Source of the DNA: Eledone cirrhosa
Lineage: Eukaryota
DNA: 64,000 bases
Assembly: GCA_964016885.1 (NCBI GenBank)
Contig: OZ024740.1
Span: 13,516,001 to 13,580,000 of the forward strand
Reading direction: 5' to 3'
In this document: one piece after another, positions 36,574-51,299 of the stretch
Layout of the letters: each line of letters begins with the position of its first letter
Position numbering within the stretch: the first letter of the stretch is position 1
Notes under the pieces: generated by a model
What the model was told of the DNA's origin: nothing
Seen by the model: the letters and a program-made list of their open reading frames with translations, nothing else
The model's database searches: none
Program-made: the position numbers and the translations under genes

Positions 36574-39500
36574 GTGTTCTGGTAGTCAGAATGGTGTTCT
36601 AGTAGTCAGAATGGTGTTCTGCTAGTCAGAATGGTGTTCTGGTAGTCAGAATGGTGTTCTGGTAGTCAGAATCGTGTTCTGGTAGTCACAATGGTGTTCT
36701 GGTAGTCAGAATGGTGTTCTGGTAGTCAGAATGGTGTTCTGGTAGTCAGAATGGTGTTCTGGTAGTCAGACTGATGTTCTGGTAGTCAGAATGGTGTTCT
36801 GTTAGTCAGAATGGTGTTCTGGTAGTCAGAATGATGTTCTGGTAGTCAGAATGGTGTTCTGGTAGTCAAAATGGTGTTCTGGTAGTCAGAATGGTGTTCT
36901 GATAGTCAAAATGGTGTTCTGGTAGTCAAAATGGTGTTCTGGTAGTCAGAATGGTGTTCTGGTAGTCAGACTTGTTCTGGTAGTCAGACTAGTGTTCTGG
37001 TAGTCATACTGGTGTTCTGGTAGTCAGAATGGTGTTCTGGTAGTCAGAATGGTTCTGGTAGTCAGAATGGTTCTGGTAGTCAGAAGGGTGTTCTGGTAGT
37101 CAGAATGGTGTTCTGGTAGTCAGAATGGTGTTCTGGTAGTCAGAATGGTGTTCTGGTAGTCAAAATGGTGTTCTGGTAGTCAAAATGGTGTTCTGGTAGT
37201 CAGAATGGTGTTCTGGTAGTCAGAATGGTGTTCTGGTAGTCAGAATGGTGTTCTGGTAGTCAGAATGGTGTTCTGTTAATCAGACTGATGTTCTGGTAGT
37301 CAGAATGGTGTTCTGGTAGTCAGAATGATGTTCTGGTAGTCAAAATGGTGTTCTGGTAGTCAGAATGGTGTTCTGATAGTCAGAATGGTGTTCTGGTAGT
37401 CAGAATGGTGTTCTGGTAGTCAAAATGGTGTTCTGGTAGTCAGAATGGTGTTCTGGTAGTCAGAATGGTGTTCTGGTAGTCAAAATGGTGTTCTGTTAGT
37501 CAAAATGGTGTTCTGGTAGTCAGAAAGGTGTTCTGGTTGTCAGAATGGTGTTCTGGTAGTCAGAATGGTGTTCTGGCAGTCAGAATGGTGTTCTGGTAGT
37601 CAGACTGGTGTTCTGGTAGTCAGAATGGTGTTCTGGTAGTCAGAATGGTGTTCTGGTAGTCAGAATGATGTTCTGGTAGTCAAAATGGTGTTCTGGTAGT
37701 CAGAATAGTGTTCTAGTAGTCAGAGTGGTGTTCTGGTAGTCAAAATGGTGTTCTGGTAGTCAGAATTGTGTTCTGGTAGTCAAAATGGTGTTCTGGTAGT
37801 CAGAATGGTGTTCTGGTAGTCAGAATGGTGTTCTGGTAGTCAGAATGGTGTTCTGGTAGTCAGAATGGTGTTCTGGTAGTCAAAATGGTGTTCTGGTAGT
37901 CAAAATGGTGTTCTGGTAGTCAGAATGGTGTTCTGGTAGTCAGAATGGTGTTCTGGTAGTCAGAATGGTGTTCTGGTAGTCAGAATGGTGTTCTGGTAGT
38001 CAGAATGGCGTTCTGGTAGTCAAAATGGTTTTATGGTAGTCAGAATGGTGTTCTGGTAGTCAGAATGGTGTTCTGGTAGTCAGAATGGTGTTCTGGTAGT
38101 CAAAATGGTGTTCTGGTAGTCAGAATGGTGTTCTGATAGTCAGAATGGTGTTCTGGTAGTCAGAATGGTGTTCTGGTAATCAAAATGGTGTTCTGGTAGT
38201 CAGAATGGTGTTCTGGTAGTCAGAATGGTGTTCTGGTAGTCAAAATGGTGTTCTGTTAGTCAAAATGGTGTTCTGGTAGTCAGAAAGGTGTTCTGGTTGT
38301 CAGAATGGTGTTCTGGTAGTCAGAATGGTGTTCTGGCAGTCAGAATGGTGTTCTGGTAGTCAGAATGGTGTTCTGGTAGTCAGACTGGTGTTCTGGTAGT
38401 CAGAATGGTGTTCTGGTAGTCAGAATGGTGTTCTGGTAGTCAGAATGATGTTCTGGTAGTCAAAATGGTGTTCTGGTAGTCAGAATAGTGTTCTAGTAGT
38501 CAGAGTGGTGTTCTGGTAGTCAAAATGGTGTTCTGGTAGTCAGAATTGTGTTCTGATAGTCAAAATGGTGTTCTGGTAGTCAAAATGGTGTTCTGGTAGT
38601 CAGAATGGTGTTCTGGTAGTCAGAATGGTGTTCTGGTAGTCAGAATGGTGTTCTGGTAGTCAGAATGGTGTTCTGATACTCAAAATGGTGTTCTGGTAGT
38701 CAGAATGGTGTTCTGGTAGTCAAAATGGTGTTCTGGTAGTCAAAATGGTGTTCTGTTAGTCAGAATGGTGTTCTGGTAATCAGAATGGTGTTCTGGTAGT
38801 CAGAATGGTGTTCTGGTATTCAGACTGATGTTCTGGTAGTCAGAATGGTGTTCTGGTAGTCAGAATGGCGTTCTGGTAGTCAAAATGGTTTTATGGTAGT
38901 CAGAATGGTGTTCTGGTAGTCAGAATGGTGTTCTGGTAGTCAGAATGGTGTTTTGATAGTCAGAATGGTGTTCTGGTAGTCAGACTGATGTTCTGGTAGT
39001 CAGAATGGTGTTCTGGTAGTCAGAATGGTGTTCTGGTAGTCAAAATGGTGTTCTGGTAGTCAGAATGGTGTTCTGATAGTCAAAATGGTGTTCTGGTAGT
39101 CAAAATGGTGTTCTGGTAGTCAGAATGGTGTTCTGGTAGTCAGAATGGTGTTTTGGTAGTCAGAATGGTGTTCTGGTAGTCTAAATGGTGTTCTGGTAGT
39201 CAAAATGGTGTTCTGGTAGTCAGACTGGTGTTCTGGTAGTCAGACTGGTGTTCTAGTAGTCATTATGGTGTTCTGGTAGTCAGAATGGTGTTCTGGTAGT
39301 CAGAATGGTGTTCTGGTAGTCAGAATGGTGTTCTGGTAGTCAAAATGGTGTTCTGGTAGTCAGAATGGTGTTCTGGTAGTCAGAATGGTGTTCTGGTAGT
39401 CAGAATGGTGTTCTGGTAGTCAGAATGGTGTTCTGGTAGTCAGACTGATGTTCTGGTAGTCAGAATGGTGTTCTGGTAGTCAGAATGGTGTTCTGGTAGT

Positions 39501-42500
39501 CAAAATGGTGTTCTGGTAGTCAGAATGGTGTTCTGGTAGTCAGAATGGTGTTCTAGTAGTCAGAATGGTGTTCTGGTAGTCAAAATGGTGTTCTGTTAGT
39601 CAGGATGGTGTTCTGGTAGTCAAAATGGTGTTTTGGTACTCAGAATGGTGTTCTGCTAGTCAGAATCGTGTTCTGGTAGTCAGAATGGTGTTCTGGTAGT
39701 CAGAATGGTGTTCTGGTAGACAGGATGGTGTTCTGGTAGTCAGAATGGTGTTCTGGTATACAAAATGGTGTTCTGGTAGTCAAAATGGTGTTCTGGTAGT
39801 CAGAATGGTGTTCTGGTAGACAGACTGGTGTTCTGGTAGTCAGACTGGTATTCTGGTAGTCAGACTGGTCTTCTGGTAGTCAGACTTGTTCTGATAGTCA
39901 GCCTGGTGTTCTGTTAGTCAGAATGGTGTTCTGGTAGTCAGAATGGTGTTCTGGTAGTCAGAACGATGTTCTGGTAGTCAGACTGGAGTTTTGGTAGTCA
40001 GAATGGTGTTCTGATAGTCAGAATGGTGTTCTGGTAGTCAGAATGGTGTTCTGGTAGTCAAAATGGTGTTCTGGTAGTCAGAATGGTGTTCTGGTAGTCA
40101 GAATGGTGTTCTGGTAGTCAAAATGGTGTTCTGTTAGTCAAAATGGTGTTCTGGTAGTCAGAAAGGTGTTCTGGTTGTCAGAATGGTGTTCTGGTAGTCA
40201 GAATGGTGTTCTGGCAGTCTGAATGGTGTTCTGGTAGTCAGAATGGTGTTCTGGTAGTCAGACTGGTGTTCTGGTAGTCAGAATGGTGTTCTGGTAGTCA
40301 GAATGGTGTTCTGGTAGTCAGAATGATGTTCTGGTAGTCAAAATGGTGTTCTGGTAGTCAGAAAAGTGTTCTAGTAGTCAGAGTGGTGTTCTGGTAGTCA
40401 AAATGGTGTTCTGGTAGTCAGAATTGTGTTCTGATAGTCAAAATGGTGTTCTGGTAGTCAAAATGGTGTTCTGGTAGTCAGAATGGTGTTCTGGTAGTCA
40501 GAATGGTGTTCTGGTAGTCAGAATGGTGTTCTGGTAGTCAGAATGGTGTTCTGGTAGTCAAAATGGTGTTCTGGTAGTCAGAATGGTGTTCTGGTAGTCA
40601 AAATGGTGTTCTGGTAGTCAAAATGGTGTTCTGGTAGTCAGAATGGTGTTCTGGTAGTCAGAATGGTGTTCTGGTAGTCAGAATGGTGTTCTGGTATTCA
40701 GACTGATGTTCTGGTAGTCAGAATGGTGTTCTGGTAGTCAGACTGGTGTTCTGGTAGTCAGAATGGTGTTCTGGTAGTCAGAATGATGTTCTGGTAGTCA
40801 AAATGGTGTTCTGGTAGTCAGAAAAGTGTTCTAGTAGTCAGAGTGGTGTTCTGGTAGTCAAAATGGTGTTCTGGTAGTCAGAATTGTGTTCTGATAGTCA
40901 AAATGGTGTTCTGGTAGTCAAAATGGTGTTCTGGTAGTCAGAATGGTGTTCTGGTAGTCAGAATGGTGTTCTGGTAGTCAGAATGGTGTTCTGGTAGTCA
41001 GAATGGTGTTCTGGTAGTCAAAATGGTGTTCTGGTAGTCAGAATGGTGTTCTGGTAGTCAAAATGGTGTTCTGGTAGTCAAAATGGTGTTCTGTTAGTCA
41101 GAATGGTGTTGTGGTAGTCAGAATGATGTTCTGATATTCAAAATGGTGTTCTGGTAGTCAGAATGGTGTTCTGGTAGTCAGAATGGTGTTCTGGTAGTCA
41201 GAATGGTGTTCTGGTAGTCAGAATGGTGTTCTGGTAGTCAGACTGATGTTCTGGTAGTCAGAATGGTGTTCTGGTAGTCAGAATGGTGTTCTGGTAGTCA
41301 AAATGGTGTTCTGGTAGTCAGAATGGTGTTCTGATAGTCAGAATGGTGTTCTGGTAGTCAGAATGGTGTTCTGGTAGTCAAAATGGTATTCTGGTAGTCA
41401 GAATGGTGTTCTGGTAGTCAGAATGGTGTTCTGGTAGTCAAAATGGTGTTCTGTTAGTCAAAATGGTGTTCTGGTAGTCAGAAAGTTGTTCTGGTTGTCA
41501 GAATGGTGTTCTGGTAGTCAGAATGGTGTTCTGGCAGTCAGAATGGTGTTCTGGTAGTCAGAATGGTGTTCTGGTAGTCAGACTGGTGTTCTGGTAGTCA
41601 GAATGGTGTTCTGGTAGTCAGAATGGTGTTCTGGTAGTCAGAATGATGTTCTGGTAGTCAAAATGGTGTTCTGGTAGTCAGAATAGTGTTCTAGTAGTCA
41701 GAGTGGTGTTCTGGTAGTCAAAATGGTGTTCTGGTAGTCAGAATTGTGTTCTGATAGTCAAAATGGTGTTCTGGTAGTCAAAATGGTGTTCTGGTAGTCA
41801 GAATGGTGTTCTGGTAGTCAGAATGGTGTTCTGGTAGTCAGAATGGTGTTCTGGTAGTCAGAATGGTGTTCTGGTAGTCAAAATGGTGTTCTGGTAGTCA
41901 GAATGGTGTTCTGGTAGTCAAAATGGTGTTCTGGTAGTCAAAATGGTGTTCTGGTAGTCAGAATGGTGTTCTGGTAATCAGAATGGTGTTCTGGTAGTCA
42001 GAATGGTGTTCTGGTATTCAGACTGATGTTCTGGTAGTCAGAATGGTGTTCTGGTAGTCAGAATGGCGTTCTGGTAGTCAAAATGGATTTATGGTAGTCA
42101 GAATGGTGTTCTGGTAGTCAGAATGGTGTTCTGGTAGTCAGAATGGTGTTTTGATAGTCAGAATGGTGTTCTGGTAGTCAGACTGATGTTCTGGTAGTCA
42201 GAATGGTGTTCTGTTAGTCAGAATGGTGTTCTGGTAGTCAGAATGATTTTCTGGTAGTCAAAATGGTGTTCTGGTAGTCAGAATGGTGTTCTGGTAGTCA
42301 GAATGGTGTTCTGGTAGTCAAAATGGTGTTCTGGTAGTCAGAATGGTGTTTTGATAGTCAGAATGGTGTTCTGGTAGTCAGACTGATGTTCTGGTAGTCA
42401 GAATGGTGTTCTGTTAGTCAGAATGGTGTTCTGGTAGTCAGAATGATTTTCTGGTAGTCAAAATGGTGTTCTGGTAGTCAAAATGGTGTTCTGGTAGTCA

Positions 42501-45500
42501 GAATGGTGTTCTGGTAGTCAGAATGGTGTTTTGGTAGTCAGAATGGTGTTCTGGTAGTCAAAATGGTGTTCTGGTAGTCAAAATGGTGTTCTGTTAGTCA
42601 GGATGGTGTTCTGGTAGTCAAAATGGTGTTTTGGTACTCAGAATGGTGTTCTGGTAGTCAGAATCGTGTTCTGGTAGTCAGAATGGTGTTCTGGTAGTCA
42701 GAATGGTGTTCTGGTAGACAGGATGGTGTTCTGGTAGTCAGAATGGTGTTCTGGTATACAAAATGGTGTTCTGGTAGTCAAAATGGTGTTCTGGTAGTCA
42801 GAATGGTGTTCTGGTAGACAGACTGGTGTTCTGGTAGTCAGACTGGTATTCTGGTAGTCAGACTGGTCTTCTGGTAGTCAGACTTGTTCTGATAGTCAGA
42901 CTGGTGTTCTGGTAGTCAGAATGGTGTTCTGGTAGTCAGAATCGTGTTCTGGTAGTCAGAACGGTGTTCTGGTAGTCAGACTGGAGTTTTGGTATTCAGA
43001 CTGGTGTTCTGGTAGTCAGATTGGTGTTCTGGTAATCAGAATGGTTCTGGTAGTCAGAATGGTGTTCTGGTAGTGAGAATGGTTCTGGTAGTCAGAATGG
43101 TTCTGGTAGTCAGAATGGTGTTCTGGTAGTCAGCCTGATGTTCTGGTCGACAGACTGGTGTTCTGGTAGTCAGACTGGTGTTCTGGTAGTCAGCCTGATG
43201 TTCTGGTAGACAGACTGGTGTTCTGGTAGTCAGCCTGATGTTCTGGTAGTCATATTGGTGTTCTGGTAGTCAGCCTGATGTTCTGGTAGTCAGAATGGTG
43301 TTCTGGTAGTCAGACTGATGTTCTGGTAGTCAGAATTGTGTTCTGGCAGTCAGAATGGTGTTCTAATAGTCAGAATGGTGTTCTGGTAGTCAGAATGGTG
43401 TTCTGGTAGTCAGAATGTTGTTCTGGTAGTCAGAATCGTGTTCTGGTAGTCAGAATGGTGTTCTGGTAGTCAGAATGGTGTTCTGGTAGTCAGAATGGTG
43501 TTCTGGTAGTCAGACTGATGTTTTGGTAGTCAGAATGGTGTTCTGGTAGTCCGAATAGTGTCCTGGTAGTCAGACTGGTGTTCTGGTAGTCAGACTAGTG
43601 TTCTGGTAGTCAGAATGGTGTTCTGGTAGTCAGAATGTTGTTCTGGTAGTCAGACTGGTGTTCTATTAGTCAGAATGGTGTTCTGGTAGTCAGCCTGATG
43701 TTCTGGTAGTCAGAATATTATTCTGGTAGTCAGACTGGTGTTCTGGTAGTCAGACTGGTGTTCTGGTAGTCAGAATGGTGTTCTGGTAGTCATAATTGTG
43801 TTCTGGTAGTCAGAATGGTGTTCTAGTAGTCAGAATGGTGTTCTGCTAGTCAGAATGGTGTTCTGGTAGTCAGAATGGTGTTCTGGTAGTCAGAATCGTG
43901 TTCTGGTAGTCAGAATGGTGTTCTGGTAGTCAGAATGGTGTTCTGTTAGTCAGAATGGTGTTCTGGTAGTCAGAATGGTGTTCTGGTAGTCAGACTGATG
44001 TTCTGGTAGTCAGAATGGTGTTCTGTTAGTCAGAATGGTGTTCTGGTAGTCAGAATGATGTTCTGGTAGTCAGAATGGTGTTCTGGTAGTCAAAATGGTG
44101 TTCTGGTAGTCAGAATGGTGTTCTGATAGTCAAAATGGTGTTCTGGTAGTCAAAATGGTGTTCTGGTAGTCAGAATGGTGTTATGGTAGTCAGAATGGTG
44201 TTTTGGTAGTCAGAATGGTGTTCTGGTAGTCACAATGTTGTTCTGGTAGTCAAAATGGTGTTCTGGTAGTCAGACTGGTGTTCTGGTAGACAGACTGGTG
44301 TTCTAGTAGTCATTATGGTGTTCTGGTAGTCAGAATGGTGTTCTGGTAGTCAGAATGGTGTTCTGGTAGTCAGAATGGTGTTCTGGTAGTCAAAATGGTG
44401 TTCTGGTAGTCAAAATGGTGTTCTGGTAGTCAGAATGGTGTTCTGGTAGTCAGAATGGTGTTCTGGTAGTCAGAATGGTGTTCTGGTAGTCAGAATGGTG
44501 TTCTGTTAATCAGACTGATGTTCTGGTAGTCAGAATGGTGTTCTGGTAGTCAGAATGATGTTCTGGTAGTCAAAATGGTGTTCTGGTAGTCAGAATGGTG
44601 TTCTGATAGTCAGAATGGTGTTCTGGTAGTCAGAATGGTGTTCTGGTAGTCAAAATGGTGTTCTGGTAGTCAGAATGGTGTTCTGGTAGTCAGAATGGTG
44701 TTCTGGTAGTCAAAATGGTGTTCTGTTAGTCAAAATGGTGTTCTGGTAGTCAGAAAGGTGTTCTGGTTGTCAGAATGGTGTTCTGGTAGTCAGAATGGTG
44801 TTCTGGCAGTCAGAATGGTGTTCTGGTAGTCAGAATGATGTTCTGGTAGTCAAAATGGTGTTCTGGTAGTCAGATTAGTGTTCTAGTAGTCAGAGTGGTG
44901 TTCTGGTAGTCAAAATGGTGTTCTGGTAGTCAGAATTGTGTTCTGGTAGTCAAAATGGTGTTCTGGTAGTCAGAATGGTGTTCTGGTAGTCAGAATGGTG
45001 TTCTGGTAGTCAGAATGGTGTTCTGGTAGTCAGAATGGTGTTCTGGTAGTCAGAATGGTGTTCTGGTAGTCAAAATGGTGTTCTGGTAGTCAAAATGGTG
45101 TTCTGGTAGTCAGAATGGTGTTCTGGTAGTCAGAATGGTGTTCTGGTAGTCAGAATGGTGTTCTGGTAGTCAGAATGGTGTTCTGGTAGTCAGAATGGCG
45201 TTCTGGTAGTCAAAATGGTTTTATGGTAGTCAGAATGGTGTTCTGGTAGTCAGAATGGTGTTCTGGTAGCCAGAATGGTGTTCTGGTAGTCAAAATGGTG
45301 TTCTGGTAGTCAGAATGGTGTTCTGGTAGTCAGAATGGTGTTCTGGTAGTCAGAATGGTGTTCTAGTAGTCAAAATGGTGTTCTGGTAGTCATAATGGTG
45401 TTCTGGTAGTCAGAATGGTGTTCTGGTAGTCAGAATGGTGTTCTGGTAGTCACAATGGTGTTCTGGTAGTCAGAATGTTTTTTCTGGTAGTCAAAATGGT

Positions 45501-48423
45501 GTTCTGGTAGTCAGAATGGTGTTCTGGTAGTCAGAATGGTGTTCTGGTAGTCAAAATGGTGTTCTGATAGTCACAATGGTGTTCTGGTAGTCAGACTGGT
45601 GTTCTGGTAGTCAGAATGGTGTTCTGGTAGTCAGAATAGTTCTGGTAGTCAGACTGATGTTCTGGTAGTCAGAATGGTGTTCTGGTAGTCAGACTGGTGT
45701 TCTGGTAGTCAGACTGGTGTTTTTGGTAGTCAGAATGGTGTTCTGGTAGTCAGAATGGTGTTCTGGTAGTCAGACTTATGTTCTGGTAGTCAGAATTTTG
45801 TTCTGGTAGTCAGAATGGTGTTCTAATAGTCAGAATTTGTTCTGGTAGTCAGAATGGTGTTCTGGTAGTCAGAATGGTGTTCTGGTAGTCAGAATGGTGT
45901 TCTGTTAGTCAAAATGGTGTTCTGGTAGTCAAAATGGTGTTCTGGTAGTCAGAATGGTGTTCTGGTAGTCAGAATGGTGTTCTGGTAGTCAGAATGGTGT
46001 TCTGGTAGTCAAAATGGTGTTCTGGTATTCAAAATGGTGTTCTGATAGTCAGACTGGTGTTCTGGTAGTCAGACTGGTGTTCTAGTAGTCAGAATAGTTC
46101 TGGTAGTCAGACTGATGTTTTGGTAGTCAGAATGGTGTTCTGGTAGTCAGACTGGTGTTCTGGTAGTCAGACTGGTGTTCTGGTAGTCAAAATGGTGTTC
46201 TGGTAGTCAAAATGGTGTTCTGCTAGTCAGAATGGTGTTCTGGTAGTCAGACTGGTGTTCTAGTAGTCATAATGGTGTTCTGGTAGTCAGAATGGTGTTC
46301 TGGTAGTCAGACTGATGTTCTGGTAGTCAGAATGGTGTTCTGCTAGTCAGAATGGTGTTCTGGCAGTCAGACTGGTGTTCTGGTAGTGAGAATGGTGTTC
46401 TGGTAGTCAGAATGGTGTTCTGGTAGTCAGAATGGTGTTCTGGTAGTCAGAATGGTGTTCTGGTAGTCAGAATGGTGTTCTTGTAGTCAGACTGCTGTTC
46501 TGGTAGTCAGAATGGTGTTCTGGTAGTCAGACTGATGTTCTGGTAGTCAGACTGGTGTTCTGGTAGTCAGACTGGTGTTCTGGTAGTCAGACTGGTGTTC
46601 TGGTAGTCAGAATGGTGTTCTGGTAGTCAGAATGGTGTTCTGGTAGTCAGAATGGTGTTCTGGTAGTTAGAATGGATTTTCTGGTAGTCAGAATGGTGTT
46701 CTGGTAGTCCGAATGGTGTTCCGGTTGTCAGAATGGTGTTCTGGTAGTCAGACTGCTATTCTGGTAGTCAGACTGGTGTTCTGGTAGTCAGACTTGTTCT
46801 GGTAGTCAGACTAGTGTTCTGGTAGTCAGACTGGTGTTCTGGTAGTCAGAATGGTGTTCTGGTAGTTAGAATGGTTCTGGTAGTCAGAATGGTCTTCTGG
46901 TAGTCAGAATGGTGTTCTGGTAGTCAGACTGGTGTTCTGGTAGTCAGAATGGTGTTCTGGTAGTCAGCCTGGTGTTCTGGTAGTCAGACTGTTATTCTGG
47001 TAGTCAGACTGGTGTTCTGGTAGTCAGACTTGTTCTGGTAGTCAGACTAGTGTTCTGGCAGTCAGACTGGTGTTCTGGTAGTCAGAATGGTGTTCTGGTA
47101 GTCAGAATTGTTCTGATAGTCAGAATGGTTCTGGTAGTCAGAATGGTTCTGGTAGTCAGAAGGGTGTTCTGGTAGTCAGAATGGTGTTCTGGTAGTCAGA
47201 ATGGTGTTCTGGTAGTCAGACTGGTGCTATGGTAGTTACAATGGTGTTCTGGTAGTCAGAATGGTTCTGGTAGTGAGAATGGTGTTCTGGTAGTCAGAAT
47301 GGTGTTCTGGTAGTCAGAATGGTGTTCTGGTAGTCAGAATGGTTCTGGTAGTGAGAATGGTGTTCTGGTAGTCAGAATGGTCTTCTGGTAGTCAGAATGG
47401 TGTTCTGCTAGTCAGAATGGTGTTCTGGTAGTCAGACTGGTGTTCTGGTAGTCAGAATGGTGTTCTGGTAGTCAGAATGGTGTTCTGGTAGTCAGAATGG
47501 TTCTGGTAGTGAGAATGGTGTTCTGGTAGTCAGAATGGTGTTCTGGTAGTCAGAATGGTGTTCTGGTAGTCAGAATGGTGTTCTGGTAGTCAGACTGGTG
47601 TTCTGGTAGTCAGAATGGTGTTCTGGTAGTCAGACTGATGTTCTGATAGTCAGACTGGTGTTCTGGTAGTCAGACTGGTGTTCTGGTAGTCAGAATGGTG
47701 TTCTGGTAGTCAGAATGGTTCTGGTAGTCAGAATGGTTTTCTGGTAGTCAGAATGGTGTTGTGGTAGTCAGAATGGTGTTCTGGTAGTCAGAATGGTCTT
47801 CTGGTAGTCAGAATGGTTCTGGTAGTCAGAATGGTGTTCTGGTAGTCAGAATGGTGTTCTGGTAGTCAGAATGGTTCTGGTAGTCAGAATGGTTCTGGTA
47901 GTCAGAATGGTGTTCTGGTAGTCAGAATGGTGTTGTGGTAGTCAGAATGGTGTTCTGGTAGTCAGAATGGTTCTGGTAGTCAGAAAGGTTCTGGTAGTCA
48001 GAAAGGTGTTCTGGTAGTCAGAATGGTGTTCTGGTAGTCAAAATGGTGTTCTGGTATACAGACTTGTGTTCTGGTAATCAGACTGGTGTTCATGTAGTCA
48101 GAATGGTGTTCTGGTAGTCAGACTGGTGTTCTCGTAGTCAGACTGGTGTTCTGGTAGTCAGAATGGTGTTCTGGTAGTCAGAATGGTGTTCTGGTAGTCA
48201 GAATGATATTCTTGTAGTCAGAATGGTGTTCTGGTAGTCAGAATGGTGTTCCGGTAGTCAGAATAGTGTTATGGTAATCAGAATGGTGTTCTAGTAGTCA
48301 GAAGGGTTCTGGTAGTCAGAATGGTGTTCTGGTAGTCAGAATGGTGTTCTGGTAGTCAGAATGATTTTCTGGTAGTCAAAATGGTGTTCTGGTAGTCAGA
48401 ATGGTGTTCTGGTAGTCAGAATG
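36574..48423 (+). repeat. Higher-order repeat: copy 2 of the ~12.0-kb tandem duplication
   Basis: Collinear with 24563-36573 apart from a 260-bp loss near 41090, 120 bp extra near 45490-45610, a 1-bp loss near 45836 and a 20-bp loss near 48180. These account for the observed offset changes. Confidence 0.86.
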
Positions 48424-51299
48424 GTGTTCTGGTAGTCAAAATGGTGTTCTGGTAGTCAGAATGGTGTTCTGATAGTCAAAATGGTGTTCTGGTAGTCAAA
48501 ATGGTGTTCTGGTAGTCAGAATGGTGTTCTGGTAGTCAGAATGGTGTTTTGGTAGTCAGAATGGTGTTCTGGTAGTCAAAATGGTGTTCTGGTAGTCAGA
48601 ATGGTGTTCTGGTAGTCAGAATGGTGTTCTGGTAGTCAGAATGGTGTTCTGGTAGTCAGACTGATGTTCTGGTAGTCAGAATGGTGTTCTGGTAGTCAGA
48701 ATGGTGTTCTGGTAGTCAAAATGGTGTTCTGGTAGTCAGAATGGTGTTCTGGTAGTCAGAATGGTGTTCTAGTAGTCAGAATGGTGTTCTGGTAGTCAAA
48801 ATGGTGTTCTGTTAGTCAGGATGGTGTTCTGGTAGTCAAAATGGTGTTTTGGTACTCAGAATGGTGTTCTGGTAGTCAGAATCGTGTTCTGGTAGTCAGA
48901 ATGGTGTTCTGTTAGTCAGAATGGTGTTCTGGTAGACAGGATGGTGTTCTGGTAGTCAGAATGGTGTTCTGGTATACAAAATGGTGTTCTGGTAGTCAAA
49001 ATGGTGTTCTGGTAGTCAGAATGGTGTTCTGGTAGACAGACTGGTGTTCTGGTAGTCAGACTGGTATTCTGGTAGTCAGACTGGTCTTCTTGTAGTCAGA
49101 CTTGTTCTGATAGTCAGACTGGTGTTCTGGTAGTCAGAATGGTGTTCTGGTAGTCAGAATGGTGTTCTGGTAGTCAGAACGGTGTTCTGGTAGTCAGACT
49201 GGAGTTTTGGTATTCAGACTGGTGTTCTGGTAGTCAGATTGGTGTTCTGGTAATCAGAATGGTTCTGGTAGTCAGAATGGTTCTGGTAGTCAGAATGGTG
49301 TTCTGGTAGTCAGCCTGATGTTCTGGTCGACAGACTGGTGTTCTGGTAGTCAGACTGGTGTTCTGGTAGTCAGCCTTATGTTCTGGTAGACAGACTGGTG
49401 TTCTGGTAGTCAGCCTGATGTTCTGGTAGTCATATTGGGGTTCTGGTAGTCAGCCTGATGTTCTGGTAGTCAGAATGGTGTTCTGGTAGTCAGACTGATG
49501 TTCTGGTAGTCAGAATTGTGTTCTGGCAGTCAGAATGGTGTTCTAATAGTCAGAATGGTGTTCTGGTAGTCAGAATGGTGTTCTGGTAGTCAGAATGTTG
49601 TTCTGGTAGTCAGAATCGTGTTCTGGTAGTCAGAATGGTGTTCTGGTAGTCAGAATGGTGTTCTGGTAGTCAGAATGGTGTTCTGGTAGTCAGACTGATG
49701 TTCTGGTAGTCAGAATGGTGTTCTGGTAGTCCGAATAGTGTCCTGGTAGTCAGACTGGTGTTCTGGTAGTCAGACTAGTGTTCTGGTAGTCAGAATGGTG
49801 TTCTGGTAGTCAGAATGTTGTTCTGGTAGTCAGACTGGTGTTCTATTAGTCAGAATGGTGTTCTGGTAGTCAGCCTGATGTTCTGGTAGTCAGAATATTA
49901 TTCTGGTAGTCAGACTGGTGTTCTGGTAGTCAGACTGGTGTTCTGGTAGTCAGAATGGTGTTCTGGTAGTCATAATTGTGTTCTGGTAGTCAGAATGGTG
50001 TTCTAGTAGTCAGAATGGTGTTCTGCTAGTCAGAATGGTGTTCTGGTAGTCAGAATGGTGTTCTGGTAGTCAGAATCGTGTTCTGGTAGTCACAATGGTG
50101 TTCTGGTAGTCAGAATGGTGTTCTGGTAGTCAGAATGGTGTTCTGGTAGTCAGAATGGTGTTCTGGTAGTCAGACTGATGTTCTGGTAGTCAGAATGGTG
50201 TTCTGTTAGTCAGAATGGTGTTCTGGTAGTCAGAATGATGTTCTGGTAGTCAGAATGGTGTTCTGGTAGTCAAAATGGTGTTCTGGTAGTCAGAATGGTG
50301 TTCTGATAGTCAAAATGGTGTTCTGGTAGTCAAAATGGTGTTCTGGTAGTCAGAATGGTGTTCTGGTAGTCAGACTTGTTCTGGTAGTCAGACTAGTGTT
50401 CTGGTAGTCATACTGGTGTTCTGGTAGTCAGAATGGTGTTCTGGCAGTCAGAATGGTTCTGGTAGTCAGAATGGTTCTGGTAGTCAGAAGGGTGTTCTGG
50501 TAGTCAGAATGGTGTTCTGGTAGTCAGAATGGTGTTCTGGTAGTCAGAATGGTGTTCTGGTAGTCAAAATGGTGTTCTGGTAGTCAAAATGGTGTTCTGG
50601 TAGTCAGAATGGTGTTCTGGTAGTCAGAATGGTGTTCTGGTAGTCAGAATGGTGTTCTGGTAGTCAGAATGGTGTTCTGTTAATCAGACTGATGTTCTGG
50701 TAGTCAGAATGGTGTTCTGGTAGTCAGAATGATGTTCTGGTAGTCAAAATGGTGTTCTGGTAGTCAGAATGGTGTTCTGATAGTCAGAATGGTGTTCTGG
50801 TAGTCAGAATGGTGTTCTGGTAGTCAAAATGGTGTTCTGGTAGTCAGAATGGTGTTCTGGTAGTCAGAATGGTGTTCTGGTAGTCAAAATGGTGTTCTGT
50901 TAGTCAAAATGGTGTTCTGGTAGTCAGAAAGGTGTTCTGGTTGTCAGAATGGTGTTCTGGTAGTCAGAATGGTGTTCTGGCAGTCAGAATGGTGTTCTGG
51001 TAGTCAGAATGGTGTTCTGGTAGTCAGAATGGTGTTCTGGTAGTCAGACTGATGTTCTGGTAGTCAGAATGGTGTTCTGTTAGTCAGAATGGTGTTGTGG
51101 TAGTCAGAATGATGTTCTGATATTCAAAATGGTGTTCTGGTAGTCAGAATGGTGTTCTGGTAGTCAGAATGGCGTTCTGGTAGTCAAAATGGTTTTATGG
51201 TAGTCAGAATGGTGTTCTGGTAGTCAGAATGGTGTTCTGGTAGTCAGAATGGTGTTCTGGTAGTCAGAATGGTGTTCTGGTAGTCAGACTGATGTTCTG

